Shown piece after piece: positions 28,331-39,982 of a DNA stretch of 64,000 nucleotides. This DNA is from Methylococcaceae bacterium (GTDB taxonomy: Bacteria; Pseudomonadota; Gammaproteobacteria; Methylococcales; Methylomonadaceae): the NCBI GenBank assembly GCA_030626845.1, contig DAOUTG010000001.1, positions 24,974 to 88,973 of the forward strand, in the 5' to 3' direction. Within the stretch, counting starts at the first letter, position 1. The number at the start of each line of letters is the position of its first letter. Position numbers and translations under genes: made by a program. The notes below the pieces were generated by a model, which did not search any database, had not been told where the DNA came from, and worked only from the letters and a program-made list of their open reading frames with translations.

Positions 28331-29596
28331 TTATATTATCTCTTCATTTTCAACAGATTTTAGCAAACCTAAATGCTTTTTATCAATTTCAATCGCCAAA
28401 TTCCAACCGCCATAATCATCAGTTTCTTCATTAATAATTTTCGCAAAATCAAATAGTTTTGCACGAACTCTACCTTGGGCAGGGGATAAGTAACATTTTC
28501 TTTTTACTTTATTAGAGGTAAATAATTCAGCAAGTGCTTGGTAAAGCAGCTCAACCCCAACCCCTGTTTGTGCTGAAAGCCAAACACGGACGGGTTTACC
28601 TTTATCATCATAATCAATATGTGGGCTAACATTTTCAAGCAAATCAATTTTATTAAATACTTGCAATTGTTTAATATCACCTGCATCTATTTCATTGAGG
28701 ACCTCATTAACCTGAAAAATAGTTTCCTCTCTATCATTGGCATTGGCATCAATGACATGTAACAAAAGCTCGGCTTCACTCGCTTCTTGTAATGTTGAGC
28801 GAAAAGCTGAAACTAACTCATGAGGTAAATGACGAATAAAACCGACGGTATCGGCTAAAATAATTTCTGAACCATTTTCAATTTCACAGTTTCGTAAAGT
28901 TGGATCTAAAGTTGCAAAAAGCTGATTCGCAGTATAAATATCCGCCCCGGTTAATTTATTAAATAAAGTCGATTTACCCGCATTGGTATAACCCACTAAT
29001 GAAACTGCGGGGACTTCTGCTTTTTTACGTTTATTCCGCCCTTGATGCCGTTGTTTTTCAACTTTTTTCAATCGCTGTTGAATCAATTTAATTCGCATTC
29101 CTAGCAAACGTCTATCGGTTTCTAGTTGCGTTTCACCAGGTCCTCTCATTCCTATACCGCCTTTTTGGCGTTCTAAATGTGTCCACCCTCGAACCAAGCG
29201 GGTGGATAAATGCTTAAGTTGAGCTAATTCGACCTGAAGTTTACCTTCAAAAGTTTGCGCTCTTTGAGCAAAAATATCTAAAATCAAACCATTTCTATCA
29301 ACCACTCGAACTTCGAGTGCTTGTTCAAGATTTCTTTCTTGACTAGGAGATAAGGGATGATTAAATAAAACAATGTCAGCTTCGTAGGTTTGAATTTCAG
29401 TTTTTAATTCCTCAAGCTTACCTGTGCCTATAAAGTATCGCGGATCAGGTGAACGACGGCTACCTGTCAGTATATAGACAGCATCAGCCCCTGCCGATCT
29501 TGCTAATTCTTTTAATTCAAACAAGTCTTCTTGACCTGCATGTAATTTAAGGTGAACTAAAATAGCCCGTTCACCTGTGTCAGGACGATCAAACAA
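28331..29596 (-). CDS. hflX: GTPase HflX
   Basis: 'GYTNAGKSTLFN' G1 and 'DTVGFI' G3 motifs, with an HflX N-terminal domain. Confidence 0.9.
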   Translation of the reverse strand: MFDRPDTGERAILVHLKLHAGQEDLFELKELARSAGADAVYILTGSRRSPDPRYFIGTGKLEELKTEIQTYEADIVLFNHPLSPSQERNLEQALEVRVVDRNGLILDIFAQRAQTFEGKLQVELAQLKHLSTRLVRGWTHLERQKGGIGMRGPGETQLETDRRLLGMRIKLIQQRLKKVEKQRHQGRNKRKKAEVPAVSLVGYTNAGKSTLFNKLTGADIYTANQLFATLDPTLRNCEIENGSEIILADTVGFIRHLPHELVSAFRSTLQEASEAELLLHVIDANANDREETIFQVNEVLNEIDAGDIKQLQVFNKIDLLENVSPHIDYDDKGKPVRVWLSAQTGVGVELLYQALAELFTSNKVKRKCYLSPAQGRVRAKLFDFAKIINEETDDYGGWNLAIEIDKKHLGLLKSVENEEII

Positions 29597-29622
29597 TCGC
29601 GTACTCCTTTAAAAGATAAATT

Positions 29623-29868
29623 CTACTCATTTTCATCAATTAACTCACTATCACGCCCCATTTTGATGGGTTTTCCAGGAACGATAGTAGAAATAGCATG
29701 TTTGTAAACCATTTGACTGACGGTGTTTTTTAACATAATCACATATTGGTCGAAGGAATCGACTTTACCTTGTAATTTAATCCCATTGACTAAAAAAATA
29801 GAGACGGGAACATGCTCCTTTCTAAGTGTATTTAAAAAAGTGTCCTGTAAATTTTGAGCTTTTGACAT
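29623..29868 (-). CDS. hfq: RNA chaperone Hfq
   Basis: '[42 protein letters not shown]' carries the Sm1/Sm2 motifs. Confidence 0.95.
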   Translation of the reverse strand: MSKAQNLQDTFLNTLRKEHVPVSIFLVNGIKLQGKVDSFDQYVIMLKNTVSQMVYKHAISTIVPGKPIKMGRDSELIDENE

Positions 29869-30669
29869 CCAATTTCTCCCTTATTTATATTGTTTAATTA
29901 AAGTTTATAAAAAACTATATTGGCTATAGATTATAAGCCATTATTTACTTAATTGGCAGTAACTAAAAATGATTTGTTACGATTGAATCTTAGGAAATTG
30001 GGACAAAATCGAATTTTACAAGTTCAATGATGATTACATGTGGTTAATAGAATATGTCTGTAAATATCTCTGTTTTAACTGCTGTATTTCGCTTTAATTT
30101 TTAACAAGACTACCAAAAACAAAATTCCGAATTAGTTTAGGCATCAAGTTAATGGGGATTATTATTAAAAATAATAATATTCACAGTTATTTTTGAGCGA
30201 TAATCGCCACAGTATGCAAAATTTCACTGCCTAAAATTAAGTAAAAATAGCTTGTACTGTGAAAATCATACTAAAGACCCATAAAAAAATTATTTTCTAG
30301 CAGATAACCGAATAAATTAAAATTTTTAGTCCGTGCATTTAATTTACCCGATTTTAAAAATCATCGAAAATAATTTATTATTCGTTTTTGGAAAAGGGAG
30401 CTATCAAGTGTTCTTTAATTTCCATCTATAACCATGTATAATTAGTTAATAGTATAATAAATAAAGGGGTTGAAAACTAGATTTTCATATAAACGTTCCT
30501 TGTCTTTCTTACTTTTAAACCGTAGGTTCTACGGGGATAGCTTATTGTCTTTCAAGCGCTGGCTTAGTTTACTAAGCGAAACTAGAAATTGGGTAAGACA
30601 CAATACTAAACTTATGTGAGTAAATTTAGGTAAGTTTTAAAGAACAGCAAAAGTTTTCGCATACTAGTT

Positions 30670-30702
30670 AGAGTACAAAACATGTTTTGTACTCTGATTT
30701 TC
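30670..30702 (+). terminator. intrinsic-terminator-like 26-bp perfect palindrome followed by a T-rich tail
   Basis: AGAGTACAAAAC-AT-GTTTTGTACTCT followed by GATTTTC. On the other strand the trailing sequence is not T-rich. Confidence 0.45.
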
Positions 30703-30777
30703 ACTATGAACTATATACGAAAACTTAGGCTTAGGTACTTAATTTAAGATTTTTGTATGTCCTTCTAAACCTAATTT

Positions 30778-31224
30778 ATGTCCAAAATAGATTCATTTAA
30801 AACAGTAGATACTTTCAACAACCGAATTTTGGCTAATTATCAGCAAAAAATTAAGCAACAGCAATATTTATTGAATATTGTAAAAGACAGTTTACCCAAA
30901 GCATTAACGGATCATGTTTTATATTGTGTTGTTTCGGCAGAAAAATTACTTATTTATACAAATTCTGCTGCATGGTCATCACAATTACGTTTTTATCAAC
31001 AATCAATATTAAGTGCCATTATTAATAGCAAGTCGGTCTCTATAAAAGTCGTACAAATTAAAATAATGATTCAAAATAATTCTACTACAAAAAAGACACT
31101 TAAGAAAAGCATCCCCTCTAAGAGTAATATTAAATTATTGCATCATTGCGGGAAATCTGTAAACGATCAAAAATTGAAACAGGCTTTATTAAATTTAAGT
31201 CAAACATTGAATAAGCTATCTTAA
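30778..31224 (+). CDS. DUF721/DciA-like protein
   Basis: 'LPKALTDHVLYCVVSAEKLLIYTNSAAWSSQLRFYQQSIL' fits the DUF721 core pattern (...L.i.v.ssaWasqLr...). Lies next to lpxC, as DUF721 genes do in several gammaproteobacteria. Confidence 0.55.
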   Translation: MSKIDSFKTVDTFNNRILANYQQKIKQQQYLLNIVKDSLPKALTDHVLYCVVSAEKLLIYTNSAAWSSQLRFYQQSILSAIINSKSVSIKVVQIKIMIQNNSTTKKTLKKSIPSKSNIKLLHHCGKSVNDQKLKQALLNLSQTLNKLS

Positions 31225-31255
31225 AAATGTTTTCAAAAATATCGCTACTTTTAAA

Positions 31256-32167
31256 CTACTCTACTGATTGAGATTGCATAAATGAAATAGGGGGTTTTTC
31301 TTCATCTTCAAATGTGATTATTTCCCAAGCATCTTGATTAGCTAATAATGCACGTAATAATTGGTTATTTAACGCATGTCCTGATTTATAACCTTTAAAC
31401 TGACCAATTAAACTATGACCCAATAAATACAAATCACCAATGGCATCAAGAATTTTATGTTTGACAAATTCATCTGCATAACGCAAACCATCTTCATTCA
31501 AGACTTTGTCATCATCAATAATAATGGCATTATCAAGACTTCCCCCTAAGGCTAAATTATTTTCTCTTAAAAACTCTATATCTTTCATAAAGCCAAAGGT
31601 TCTTGCTCGGCTTACTTCTTTTACAAAGGTTGTCGATGAAAAATCCATGGTTGCCATTTTCAAATGATCTGCAAAGGCTGGGTGTTCAAAATCAATGGTA
31701 AAAGTAACTTTAAATCCTTCAAATGGCTCAAATTCTGCCCATTTATCACCATCACTGACACGAATCGTTTCTTTTATTCGGATATATTGCTTAGGCGCGT
31801 CCTGCTCAACGACACCTGCTGATTGAATTAAAAAAACAAAAGGCCCCGCACTTCCATCCATAATAGGGACTTCTCCTGAGCTTACATCAATAACTGCATT
31901 GTCAATTCCTAATCCAGCAAGTGCTGATAATAAATGTTCAACGGTTGATATTTTTATTTCACCTTGTACTAAAGTCGTAGAAAGTAGGGTATCGCCCACA
32001 TTTTTTGGCGTTGCCTGGATAATGATAGGCGGCTCTAAATCAATTCTACGAAAATGAATGCCTGTATTAATTTCAGCAGGGTGTAAAGTTAAATAAACCT
32101 TATCACCTGTATGTAAACCAACACCTGTCGCTCTAATCGTATTTTTTAATGTTCGTTGTTTAATCAT
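31256..32167 (-). CDS. lpxC: UDP-3-O-acyl-GlcNAc deacetylase
   Basis: '[31 protein letters not shown]' closely matches the E. coli LpxC N-terminus. Confidence 0.95.
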   Translation of the reverse strand: MIKQRTLKNTIRATGVGLHTGDKVYLTLHPAEINTGIHFRRIDLEPPIIIQATPKNVGDTLLSTTLVQGEIKISTVEHLLSALAGLGIDNAVIDVSSGEVPIMDGSAGPFVFLIQSAGVVEQDAPKQYIRIKETIRVSDGDKWAEFEPFEGFKVTFTIDFEHPAFADHLKMATMDFSSTTFVKEVSRARTFGFMKDIEFLRENNLALGGSLDNAIIIDDDKVLNEDGLRYADEFVKHKILDAIGDLYLLGHSLIGQFKGYKSGHALNNQLLRALLANQDAWEIITFEDEEKPPISFMQSQSVE

Positions 32168-32233
32168 AAGTTAAGGCAAAAAACTCTCAATTATACCATC
32201 AATGTAAATTTATTTCGTCATGTTACTTAAATC

Positions 32234-33400
32234 TTAATCTGCCTGTCTGCGTAAAAAAGCAGGAATATCTAAATAATCTAAATCCATATCCCCTTCTTTT
32301 TGAGGCTGTACACCAAAACGTGTTTCTTTGGTTTCTACTTTATTATTACGAAGAATGGTGGGTTTATCTAACACATCATAACTTATATCACCTACCGCTG
32401 CTTTTTGTACTAATTTTACAGGGGGCGTTGTAATCTTAGGCGAATGATCGCCCATTCCGGTTGCAACAACGGTGACTTTTATTTCATCCCCCATATCTGG
32501 GTTTATAGCTGTACCAATTTTCATATCCGCATCGTCAGATGCAAATGAGTGCATGATATTACCGACTTCATTGAATTCAGTTAAATCCATATCAGAGGCA
32601 GTAATATTAACTAAAATACCCTTTGCGCCTTGTAAACTAATATCTTCTAATAAAGGACAAGCAATGGCTTTTTCAGCCGCTTCTCGAGCTCGATTTTCTC
32701 CAGAGGCAGACCCTGAACCCATAATGGCTGTTCCCATATTAGTCATCACCGTTTCAACATCTGCAAAATCAACGTTAATCAGTCCTGGATGGGTAATTAA
32801 TTCAGTGATACCCTGTACAGCATCCAGTAATACATCGTTTGCCGCTTTAAATGCGTTGATTAAAGAAAGGTTATTACCTAGAACAGGGAGTAGTTTCTGA
32901 TTAGGAATAATAATCAGAGAATCAACATGTTCTTCTAGTATCCGAATACCTTCTTCTGCGACAGCTACTTTCTTTTTTCCTTCAAATTCAAAGGGTTTTG
33001 TTACCACAGCAACTGTTAAAACACCTAGGTCTCTAGCAATTTGAGCGATCACTGAAATAGCCCCTGTTCCTGTGCCTCCACCCATTCCAGCAGTTAAGAA
33101 CACCATATCAGCACCGTCAATCACTTCTTTTAAACGTTCTGCATTTTCTTCGGCTGCTTTTTTTCCAACCTCAGGTCGTGTTCCTGCCCCTAACCCTTTT
33201 GTCAGTTCAATACCTATTTGAACCACCGTGTCCACACTTAAGCGTCTTAAAGCTTGTGCATCAGTATTAGCACAAATAAATTGTACCCCATCAATACTAC
33301 TATCAACCATGTGATTGACAGCATTACCACCACCACCTCCAATACCAATAACCTTGATGATAGCATTTTCATTGCTTGCATCGACCAATTCGTATTTCAT
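32234..33400 (-). CDS. ftsZ: cell division protein FtsZ
   Basis: '[13 protein letters not shown]', 'GMGGGTGTG' and C-terminal '[14 protein letters not shown]'. Confidence 0.95.
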   Translation of the reverse strand: MKYELVDASNENAIIKVIGIGGGGGNAVNHMVDSSIDGVQFICANTDAQALRRLSVDTVVQIGIELTKGLGAGTRPEVGKKAAEENAERLKEVIDGADMVFLTAGMGGGTGTGAISVIAQIARDLGVLTVAVVTKPFEFEGKKKVAVAEEGIRILEEHVDSLIIIPNQKLLPVLGNNLSLINAFKAANDVLLDAVQGITELITHPGLINVDFADVETVMTNMGTAIMGSGSASGENRAREAAEKAIACPLLEDISLQGAKGILVNITASDMDLTEFNEVGNIMHSFASDDADMKIGTAINPDMGDEIKVTVVATGMGDHSPKITTPPVKLVQKAAVGDISYDVLDKPTILRNNKVETKETRFGVQPQKEGDMDLDYLDIPAFLRRQAD

Positions 33401-33433
33401 CTTACCGCCCCCTAAATAAAGCCTTATAAATTT

Positions 33434-34663
33434 TTAAAAGTTGCCCTGAAACCAATTTTTAATCATTGATAGCAACCCAGAAGACTCTTCTCCCGTTCTA
33501 TCAAAACCCCCATGATGCTCTCTGCCATAGAGTAATAAACCTACACCCGTTGAATAAATAGGGTTTTGAACAACATCGGTTAATCCTGCTATATGTTGCG
33601 GCATTCCCACACGTACAGGGATACGAAAAATTGATTCTGCCAACGAGGTTAACCCTCTTACTTTTGAGCTCCCCCCTGTTAATACAACACCCGCTGTAAT
33701 TAAATCTTCATAACCACTCCGTCTTAATTCTGCTTGAACCAAAAGCATTAATTCTTCATAACGTGGTTCTATAATTTCAGATAAATTTTCAGTTGAAATT
33801 TTACGGGGTGATCTTTCACCAATACTAGGTACTTCAATCAGTTCTTCACTACTTGATAGCTCAGTTAAAGCACAGGCATGTTTACATTTTATTTGTTCGG
33901 CATTCTTAGTCGGTGTTCGTAATGCCACCGCAATATCATTGGTTACTTGATCGCCTGCAATGGGAATAACAGCGGTATGTTTAATTGCCCCATCAGCAAA
34001 AATAGCAATATCCGTTGTTCCTCCGCCTATATCGCATAATAAAACCCCTAAATCTTTTTCATCCTCCGTTAAAACCGAAGTACAAGAGGCCAATTGTTCT
34101 AAAACAATATCGTCAACATCCAATCCACAACGACGAATACATTTAATAATATTTTGAGCGGCACTGACGCTTCCCGTTACCATGTGAACTTTGGCTTCTA
34201 AGCGAATCCCCGACATTCCAATGGGTTCTTTAATCCCATCTTGTTGATCAATTACAAATTCCTGTGGCAAAATATGTAATATTTTTTGGTCTGCTGGAAT
34301 GGCCACCGCTCTTGCAGAATCAATGACTCTATCAATATCATGTTGCTTAACTTCTTTATCTCGAATAGCAACGATCCCATGTGAATTAAGACTTTTAATA
34401 TGACTCCCAGCAATGCCTGCAAAAACTGATTGAATTTGGCAGCCTGCCATTAACTCAGCCTCTTCTACTGCACGCTGTATTGAATGAACCGTTGATTCTA
34501 AATTAACTACAACGCCTTTTTTCAAACCTCGTGAAGGGGCTGTCCCTATGCCGATAATTTCAAGATCATCATCTTCATAATCATACTCCCCAACGATAGC
34601 AGCAACTTTTGAAGTCCCTATATCTAATCCTACAACTATACTACGCTCTGTTTTTTTTGCCAT
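33434..34663 (-). CDS. ftsA: cell division protein FtsA
   Basis: Actin-like ATPase motifs 'VGLDIGTSKV' and 'DIGGGTTDIA', in dcw position. Confidence 0.95.
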   Translation of the reverse strand: MAKKTERSIVVGLDIGTSKVAAIVGEYDYEDDDLEIIGIGTAPSRGLKKGVVVNLESTVHSIQRAVEEAELMAGCQIQSVFAGIAGSHIKSLNSHGIVAIRDKEVKQHDIDRVIDSARAVAIPADQKILHILPQEFVIDQQDGIKEPIGMSGIRLEAKVHMVTGSVSAAQNIIKCIRRCGLDVDDIVLEQLASCTSVLTEDEKDLGVLLCDIGGGTTDIAIFADGAIKHTAVIPIAGDQVTNDIAVALRTPTKNAEQIKCKHACALTELSSSEELIEVPSIGERSPRKISTENLSEIIEPRYEELMLLVQAELRRSGYEDLITAGVVLTGGSSKVRGLTSLAESIFRIPVRVGMPQHIAGLTDVVQNPIYSTGVGLLLYGREHHGGFDRTGEESSGLLSMIKNWFQGNF

Positions 34664-34961
34664 TATGCATACTCGTTAAAAGCATTGATTGTTTACCAAT
34701 TATATTGTTATTACTTAGACGGTCTTCATTGTCCACTGAAATTAATCGCTTTACCATAACTCATGGTTTAAATTGTGAATTATAAAGATAATTTTAAAAT
34801 AATCTTTCATGAAACTATTACTTTTTAAAAACCTCGTGATATAGTATTTTATATAGAGCTAGGTACAAAGCACCAGCCTATATTTATTTTGTATGTTATA
34901 TAAGAATGTTAACAAGATCCGTTAACACTGCAATATTTGGCATTTTTAGCTATTATTCTCG

Positions 34962-35654
34962 TTATTTCCAGGTAACAGCATAACCATTAGGGTATCTTAA
35001 ATCTACCTTTGCAATGACTCTACCCTCCTTTTTTTTCAATAGGGGTAAAGTTGTCAAGAATCGGTTAAGTTTTTTGAAGGGTTTTTTTTGACCTAATTTT
35101 AATTCTAATCCATTAGAAAACCGCAATGTCCATGCACGACGCTCATTAACATTAAATTCCTGTAATACCAAAGCATGGTTGGTTAAACTTTCTTGTAAGC
35201 GCTTCATAACCTGCATTAGATTTTTTTCAAGACCTTTAGGACCTGTTAATAAGGGTAGTTTTTTAAAGCGAGTTAAATTATCAGGAATAAATAAATCGCC
35301 CTGCTCATTGAGTAAACCTATTTTTCCCCAACGAACAATAGGGTATTGCTCATAAATTTTTATGGCAATAGTATCAGGCCATATCCGCCGAACTTTAACT
35401 TGAGTAATCCAAGGTAAATCGGACAGTTCCGTTTGTATTTCCTGCATATCTGCATTCAAAAACCCCGTTAACACTTGTTTTAGTAAAACTTGTTTTATTT
35501 GCTCTTTAGCAATGTACTGATAAACACCCTCTATTTTAACATATTTAATTGGCAGTAAATCAGCTCCTTGCGCTTTAAGCTCTTTCCAGCCTGCCCAAGC
35601 TATGCCAATAATGAGTGCGCTAATAAGTAGCCACTTTAAATTTAAGTGTTTCAT
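34962..35654 (-). CDS. ftsQ: cell division protein FtsQ
   Basis: N-terminal transmembrane segment plus POTRA-like 'IKYVKIEG' region. Position between ddl and ftsA. Confidence 0.85.
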   Translation of the reverse strand: MKHLNLKWLLISALIIGIAWAGWKELKAQGADLLPIKYVKIEGVYQYIAKEQIKQVLLKQVLTGFLNADMQEIQTELSDLPWITQVKVRRIWPDTIAIKIYEQYPIVRWGKIGLLNEQGDLFIPDNLTRFKKLPLLTGPKGLEKNLMQVMKRLQESLTNHALVLQEFNVNERRAWTLRFSNGLELKLGQKKPFKKLNRFLTTLPLLKKKEGRVIAKVDLRYPNGYAVTWK

Positions 35655-35674
35655 TGATTAAAAAAGAAAGCCTA

Positions 35675-36607
35675 TTATTTCATACTGGTCTCTAAAATTC
35701 TCCATACCAACTCATCAAAATCTATTCCTGATTTTGCAGCTGCCATAGGAACTAAACTATGACTTGTCATTCCTGGAACCGTATTAACTTCAATAAGCTG
35801 GGGTTGATCATTTTTATCTATAAAAACATCAACACGCCCCCACCCCGTTACATCAAGTCCTTTATAAGCTTTTAAAGCTAATTGCTGTAAAGCCTTTTCT
35901 TGCAGCTTATCTAATCCACAAGGACAATGATATTGGGTTGTATTTGACTCATATTTTGCCTGATAATCATAAAAATCATTCATTATTTCAAGTCTAATCA
36001 CAGGCAACGGTTCATCATTTAATATCGCAACAGTATACTCGTCACCTTGCACCCAACTTTCAGCATAAACATCACAGTTATATTTTGAGGCTTCATTAAA
36101 AGCCTGCAACAACTGTTGTCTATTAATCGCTTTATTCATCCCTAAACTAGACCCCTCTTTTGTAGGTTTCACAATCAAAGGGAAATCTAATTTTTCTATA
36201 CATGCCTCAATATCAGATTCATTGTTTAACAAAAACCATTCAGGCGTAGGTAAATTTAAACCCCGCCAACAAAGTTTAGTTTTCAACTTATCCATTGTTA
36301 ATGCAGAAGCTGTCACATCACTCCCAGTATAAGGCAGCTTCATCAGTTCTAATACCGCTTGTAAAACGCCATCTTCACCCCCACGCCCATGAATGCTATT
36401 AAAAACCCGCGTTATCTGTTGATCTTTCAATGCTAAAAAAGGATTGTCTGCAACATCTATCGCAATAACATCAACCCCTTTACGTTTTAAAGCATTAAAT
36501 ACCGCCGTACCACTATTAATAGAAATTTCTTTTTCAGCAGCTACACCCCCCATTAATACCGCAACCCGACCAAATTGTCTAGGGTCTTTTATTTTTATAG
36601 GATTCAT
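35675..36607 (-). CDS. ddl: D-alanine--D-alanine ligase
   Basis: ATP-grasp Ddl motifs ('VAVLMGGVAAEKEISINSG', 'HGRGGEDG', 'EVNTVPGMT'). ATG 36607 overlaps the murB stop (ATGA). Confidence 0.9.
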   Translation of the reverse strand: MNPIKIKDPRQFGRVAVLMGGVAAEKEISINSGTAVFNALKRKGVDVIAIDVADNPFLALKDQQITRVFNSIHGRGGEDGVLQAVLELMKLPYTGSDVTASALTMDKLKTKLCWRGLNLPTPEWFLLNNESDIEACIEKLDFPLIVKPTKEGSSLGMNKAINRQQLLQAFNEASKYNCDVYAESWVQGDEYTVAILNDEPLPVIRLEIMNDFYDYQAKYESNTTQYHCPCGLDKLQEKALQQLALKAYKGLDVTGWGRVDVFIDKNDQPQLIEVNTVPGMTSHSLVPMAAAKSGIDFDELVWRILETSMK

Positions 36608-37494
36608 AAACGCTCTCCAACTGTACATACTTCAGTTTGTAAATCCACACCACACAGCACTTTAACCTGTATCTGTACATAATCAATTAAAGCCTCTATA
36701 TCAGCTGCGGTTGCTTTATTCATATTAACAATAAAATTGGCATGTTTTTCAGAGACACAAGCCCCCCCAATACAATAGCCTTTTAAACCACTTTTTTCAA
36801 TTAATCTTGCTGCATAATCGTCGGGTGGATTTTTAAAAACTGAACCACAACTCGGTAAATTAGTGGGTTGGGTGATAGCGCGTTTCTCCAGCAAAGCTTT
36901 AATATATTGTAAACTATTTGAAGTATCGCCTTTTTTTAGCCTTAATTCTGCCGCTAAAAACCATTCTTCATTAGGATTTTTAACAGAGCGATAGCCAATA
37001 TTAAATTCAGTTGTCTTTCGTAAATGAGTGACACCTTCACGATTAAGCGTTTCTACCCGTTCAACAATTTCCCAAGTTTCACCACCAAAAGCGCCCGCAT
37101 TCATCGCTAACGCACCGCCCATTGTTCCAGGAATACCCGCCAGAAATTCAGCCCCAACTAAACCATTATCCACACAAAAACGCGCAACGCGCGCGCAAGG
37201 TACGCCTGCTTCTATATACACACGCCCATTCTCAAGTAAACGCATTTCTTTTAAACGACCACGGGTATTGATAACAATCCCAGGAATACCCCCATCACGA
37301 ACTAATAAATTACTCCCCAAGCCTAACCAAAAAATAGCCCTATTTTTAGGCTGTAGGGTCATAAATACAATTAAATCGTTTTTATCGCGGGGAAGATACA
37401 TTTTTTCAGCTTCCCCCCCAATACGCCAACTGGTGTATTTAGCCATTTTCTCTTTTAACAACAACTTACCTGTTGTTTTCAAAACTTCATTCAT
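36604..37494 (-). CDS. murB: UDP-N-acetylenolpyruvoylglucosamine reductase
   Basis: FAD-binding 'LGLGSNLLV', '[10 protein letters not shown]' and 'GSVFKNP' motifs. Confidence 0.9.
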   Translation of the reverse strand: MNEVLKTTGKLLLKEKMAKYTSWRIGGEAEKMYLPRDKNDLIVFMTLQPKNRAIFWLGLGSNLLVRDGGIPGIVINTRGRLKEMRLLENGRVYIEAGVPCARVARFCVDNGLVGAEFLAGIPGTMGGALAMNAGAFGGETWEIVERVETLNREGVTHLRKTTEFNIGYRSVKNPNEEWFLAAELRLKKGDTSNSLQYIKALLEKRAITQPTNLPSCGSVFKNPPDDYAARLIEKSGLKGYCIGGACVSEKHANFIVNMNKATAADIEALIDYVQIQVKVLCGVDLQTEVCTVGERL

Positions 37495-38930
37495 AAGTTA
37501 TTTAAAATAGCAGTCAGTTCTTCGGGTAATTTACTTGCAATCTGTCCGACATTACCCGCCCCCATGGTTAAAATAACATCATCTGTTTGTATAACGGCTT
37601 CCAAAACAGATAATAAATCATCGGTATTTTTTACAAATACAGGATCTACTTGTCCTCGTGTGCGGATTGCTCTGCACAGTGTTTTACCATCGGCACTTGC
37701 AATCACAGCTTCACCTGCTGGATAAATATCTAATAAAATTAAGACATCCGCCTCAGATAAAACTTGAACAAAGTCTTCAAATAAATCACGGGTTCGAGTA
37801 TAACGATGCGGTTGAAAAATAACCACAGCACGTCTACCTGTCCATGCTTGACGTAAAGCTTCCATCGTTGCTGCAACTTCACGGGGATGATGAGCATAAT
37901 CATCAACTAAAGTCACAATACCTTCGTTCATTGCTATATCACCTTGAATTTGAAAACGCCGCCCAATCCCTTTAAAAGTGGCAAGACTATTAATGATTGC
38001 TTGGTCGTCAACTTTCAGATGACTAGCAATTGCAATGGCTGCCAAAGCATTCAACATATTATGCCAACCTGGCATATTCAAAGTAACTTGCAAAGGGGGT
38101 AATGTTGATCCGCGTAATACCTTAAACGATGTTGTTAATCCTTGCTGCTTTATTTCCACCGCCTGAATATCTGCTTGCTCATGAACCCCATAAGTTTTAA
38201 CAGGTTTGGATAAATTAGGTAAAATTTCTCTCACCCCCGCATCATCCAAACACATAACCGCCATGCCATAAAAAGGTAAGTGGTGTAAAAACTCAATAAA
38301 AGTCTCTTTTAAACGCTGATAACTGCCTTCATAAGTCTCCAAATGATCTTGATCAATATTTGTGACTACTGCAACCATTGGCTGTAAATATAAAAATGAA
38401 GCGTCACTTTCATCTGCTTCGGCTACTAAATAATCGCCTGTTCCAAGCTTTGCATTCGTTCCTGCACTATTTAAACGTCCCCCAATAACAAAGGTTGGGT
38501 CTAAACCACCCTCTGCAAGGATACTGGCAATTAAACTCGTCGTTGTTGTTTTCCCATGCGTTCCAGCCACCGCAATTCCAAAACGAAATCGCATTAACTC
38601 TGCTAACATTTCTGCACGGGGAATCACAGGAATCCGTTGTTGATAAGCACTAGCAACTTCAGGGTTTGCATGGTCTATCGCTGTAGAAACAACCACAACA
38701 TCTGTATTTTCAATATTTCGTTGGTGATGTCCTATGTAAATAACAATTCCCAACGATTGTAATCGCTGTGTTGCAGAAGACGCCTTTATATCAGAACCTG
38801 ATATTTGATACCCTAAATTAGATAACACTTCTGCAATGCCGCTCATGCCAGTACCGCCAATACCGACAAAATGGATTCGTTCTATATTACCTAATGCTTT
38901 TTTCGGTAACTGTATTCCTTGGCGACTCAT
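37491..38930 (-). CDS. murC: UDP-N-acetylmuramate--L-alanine ligase
   Basis: '[17 protein letters not shown]' and 'GTHGKTTTT'. ATG 38930 overlaps the murG stop (TAATG); the ORF-track start is 7 codons upstream. Confidence 0.9.
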   Translation of the reverse strand: MSRQGIQLPKKALGNIERIHFVGIGGTGMSGIAEVLSNLGYQISGSDIKASSATQRLQSLGIVIYIGHHQRNIENTDVVVVSTAIDHANPEVASAYQQRIPVIPRAEMLAELMRFRFGIAVAGTHGKTTTTSLIASILAEGGLDPTFVIGGRLNSAGTNAKLGTGDYLVAEADESDASFLYLQPMVAVVTNIDQDHLETYEGSYQRLKETFIEFLHHLPFYGMAVMCLDDAGVREILPNLSKPVKTYGVHEQADIQAVEIKQQGLTTSFKVLRGSTLPPLQVTLNMPGWHNMLNALAAIAIASHLKVDDQAIINSLATFKGIGRRFQIQGDIAMNEGIVTLVDDYAHHPREVAATMEALRQAWTGRRAVVIFQPHRYTRTRDLFEDFVQVLSEADVLILLDIYPAGEAVIASADGKTLCRAIRTRGQVDPVFVKNTDDLLSVLEAVIQTDDVILTMGAGNVGQIASKLPEELTAILNNL

Positions 38931-39982
38931 TAACCGCTCACCGCAATGCAAATAGAGGCAACTGTTTTAGTTGCATCTAACCGAGCTTTATTTTTTGACA
39001 TAGTTGCCATACTCTCTAAATTATTGGAAATATGCGTAATTGCGTCAGCTAAGTTTGTGGCAGTTAATTGTTTTTGCACCAAAATCAAAGCCGCCTTATC
39101 ATCCGCTAAATAGCGTGCATTGGCTGATTGATGGTCATCAATTGCATGAGGCAGTGGGATAAAAATAGCGGGTAAACCACAAGCTGAAACTTCACTTACT
39201 GTCATTGCACCCGCTCGACAAATAACTAAATCCGCCCATTGATAAACTTGAGGCATATCATCAATAAAAGCGATCACGTTAGCATTAATATTTAAAGCTT
39301 TATAGCTTAATTCAACCTCTTTTTGCATCATTGAACCTGTTTGATGTTTGACTTCAATATTTGCTAATAAAGCTAAGGCTTTTGGCACTTCTTCATTTAA
39401 AATTTGCGCCCCTTGACTCCCACCAACAATTAATACTCTCAAAGGAGTAGTTACTTGTCGTGGCATTTTAGCAACTAACTTTATAAAGCTTTCACGTAAT
39501 GGATTTCCTGTACAGACTGCATTATTTTTAACAGGAAAACTATCAGGAAAAGCCTCTAAAATATGGGGTGTAATCTTTGATAAAATTTTATTAGTCGTAC
39601 CAATCACCCGATTCTGTTCATGAATGACTAAGGGAATACCCAATAGTCTTGCCATTAAGCCACCAGGGGCTGCAACAAATCCACCCATTCCTAATACAAC
39701 ATCAGGTTTACGGACACGTAAAATCTTAAATGCTTGCCAACAGGCTTTGACTAATAAAAATAAGCTTTTAAATTTAAAAATAAGCCCTTTACCTCTCAGC
39801 CCAGAAACTGACAACCAATCAATCTCAATGTCTTGGGCAGGTATAACACGCGCTTCTAAACCTTTTTTAGTGCCTAACCAGCTTATCGACCATCCTTGCG
39901 TGCGTAATTCTTCTGCAACAGCTAAGGCGGGAAAAACATGGCCTCCCGTCCCACCTGCCATAATAACTATCCGTCTTCCCAT
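38930..39982 (-). CDS. murG: undecaprenyl-PP-MurNAc-pentapeptide GlcNAc transferase
   Basis: '[17 protein letters not shown]' N-terminal motif. Confidence 0.9.
   Translation of the reverse strand: MGRRIVIMAGGTGGHVFPALAVAEELRTQGWSISWLGTKKGLEARVIPAQDIEIDWLSVSGLRGKGLIFKFKSLFLLVKACWQAFKILRVRKPDVVLGMGGFVAAPGGLMARLLGIPLVIHEQNRVIGTTNKILSKITPHILEAFPDSFPVKNNAVCTGNPLRESFIKLVAKMPRQVTTPLRVLIVGGSQGAQILNEEVPKALALLANIEVKHQTGSMMQKEVELSYKALNINANVIAFIDDMPQVYQWADLVICRAGAMTVSEVSACGLPAIFIPLPHAIDDHQSANARYLADDKAALILVQKQLTATNLADAITHISNNLESMATMSKNKARLDATKTVASICIAVSG

Noticed and set aside
30408-30431. Mini-ORF GTG-TTC-TTT-AAT-TTC-CAT-CTA-TAA (MFFNFHL) with AAGGGAG 6 nt upstream, reminiscent of a Phe-rich attenuation leader peptide.
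   Set aside because: No Phe biosynthesis or pheST gene follows. I could not draw alternative terminator/antiterminator pairings. Short ORFs of this kind are expected by chance in AT-rich DNA.
30464-30500. GGGGTTGAAAAC... considered as a tmRNA or other housekeeping RNA 5' end.
   Set aside because: The downstream sequence lacks the tmRNA GGGGCUGAUUCUGGAUUCGAC-type start, the tag reading frame and a tRNA-like 3' end. There is no resemblance to 6S, RNase P or SRP RNA as recalled.
37028-37510. 160-aa plus-strand ORF antisense to murB. Similar antisense ORFs occur at 39624-40007, 32472-32900, 36444-36665, 40523-40723, 41141-41371, 50175-50438, 61369-61656 and elsewhere.
   Set aside because: Each lies fully inside a strongly supported conserved gene on the other strand. 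The translations are low-complexity (P/S/A/I/K-rich) with no recognisable motifs and no Shine-Dalgarno context. They look like typical shadow ORFs.
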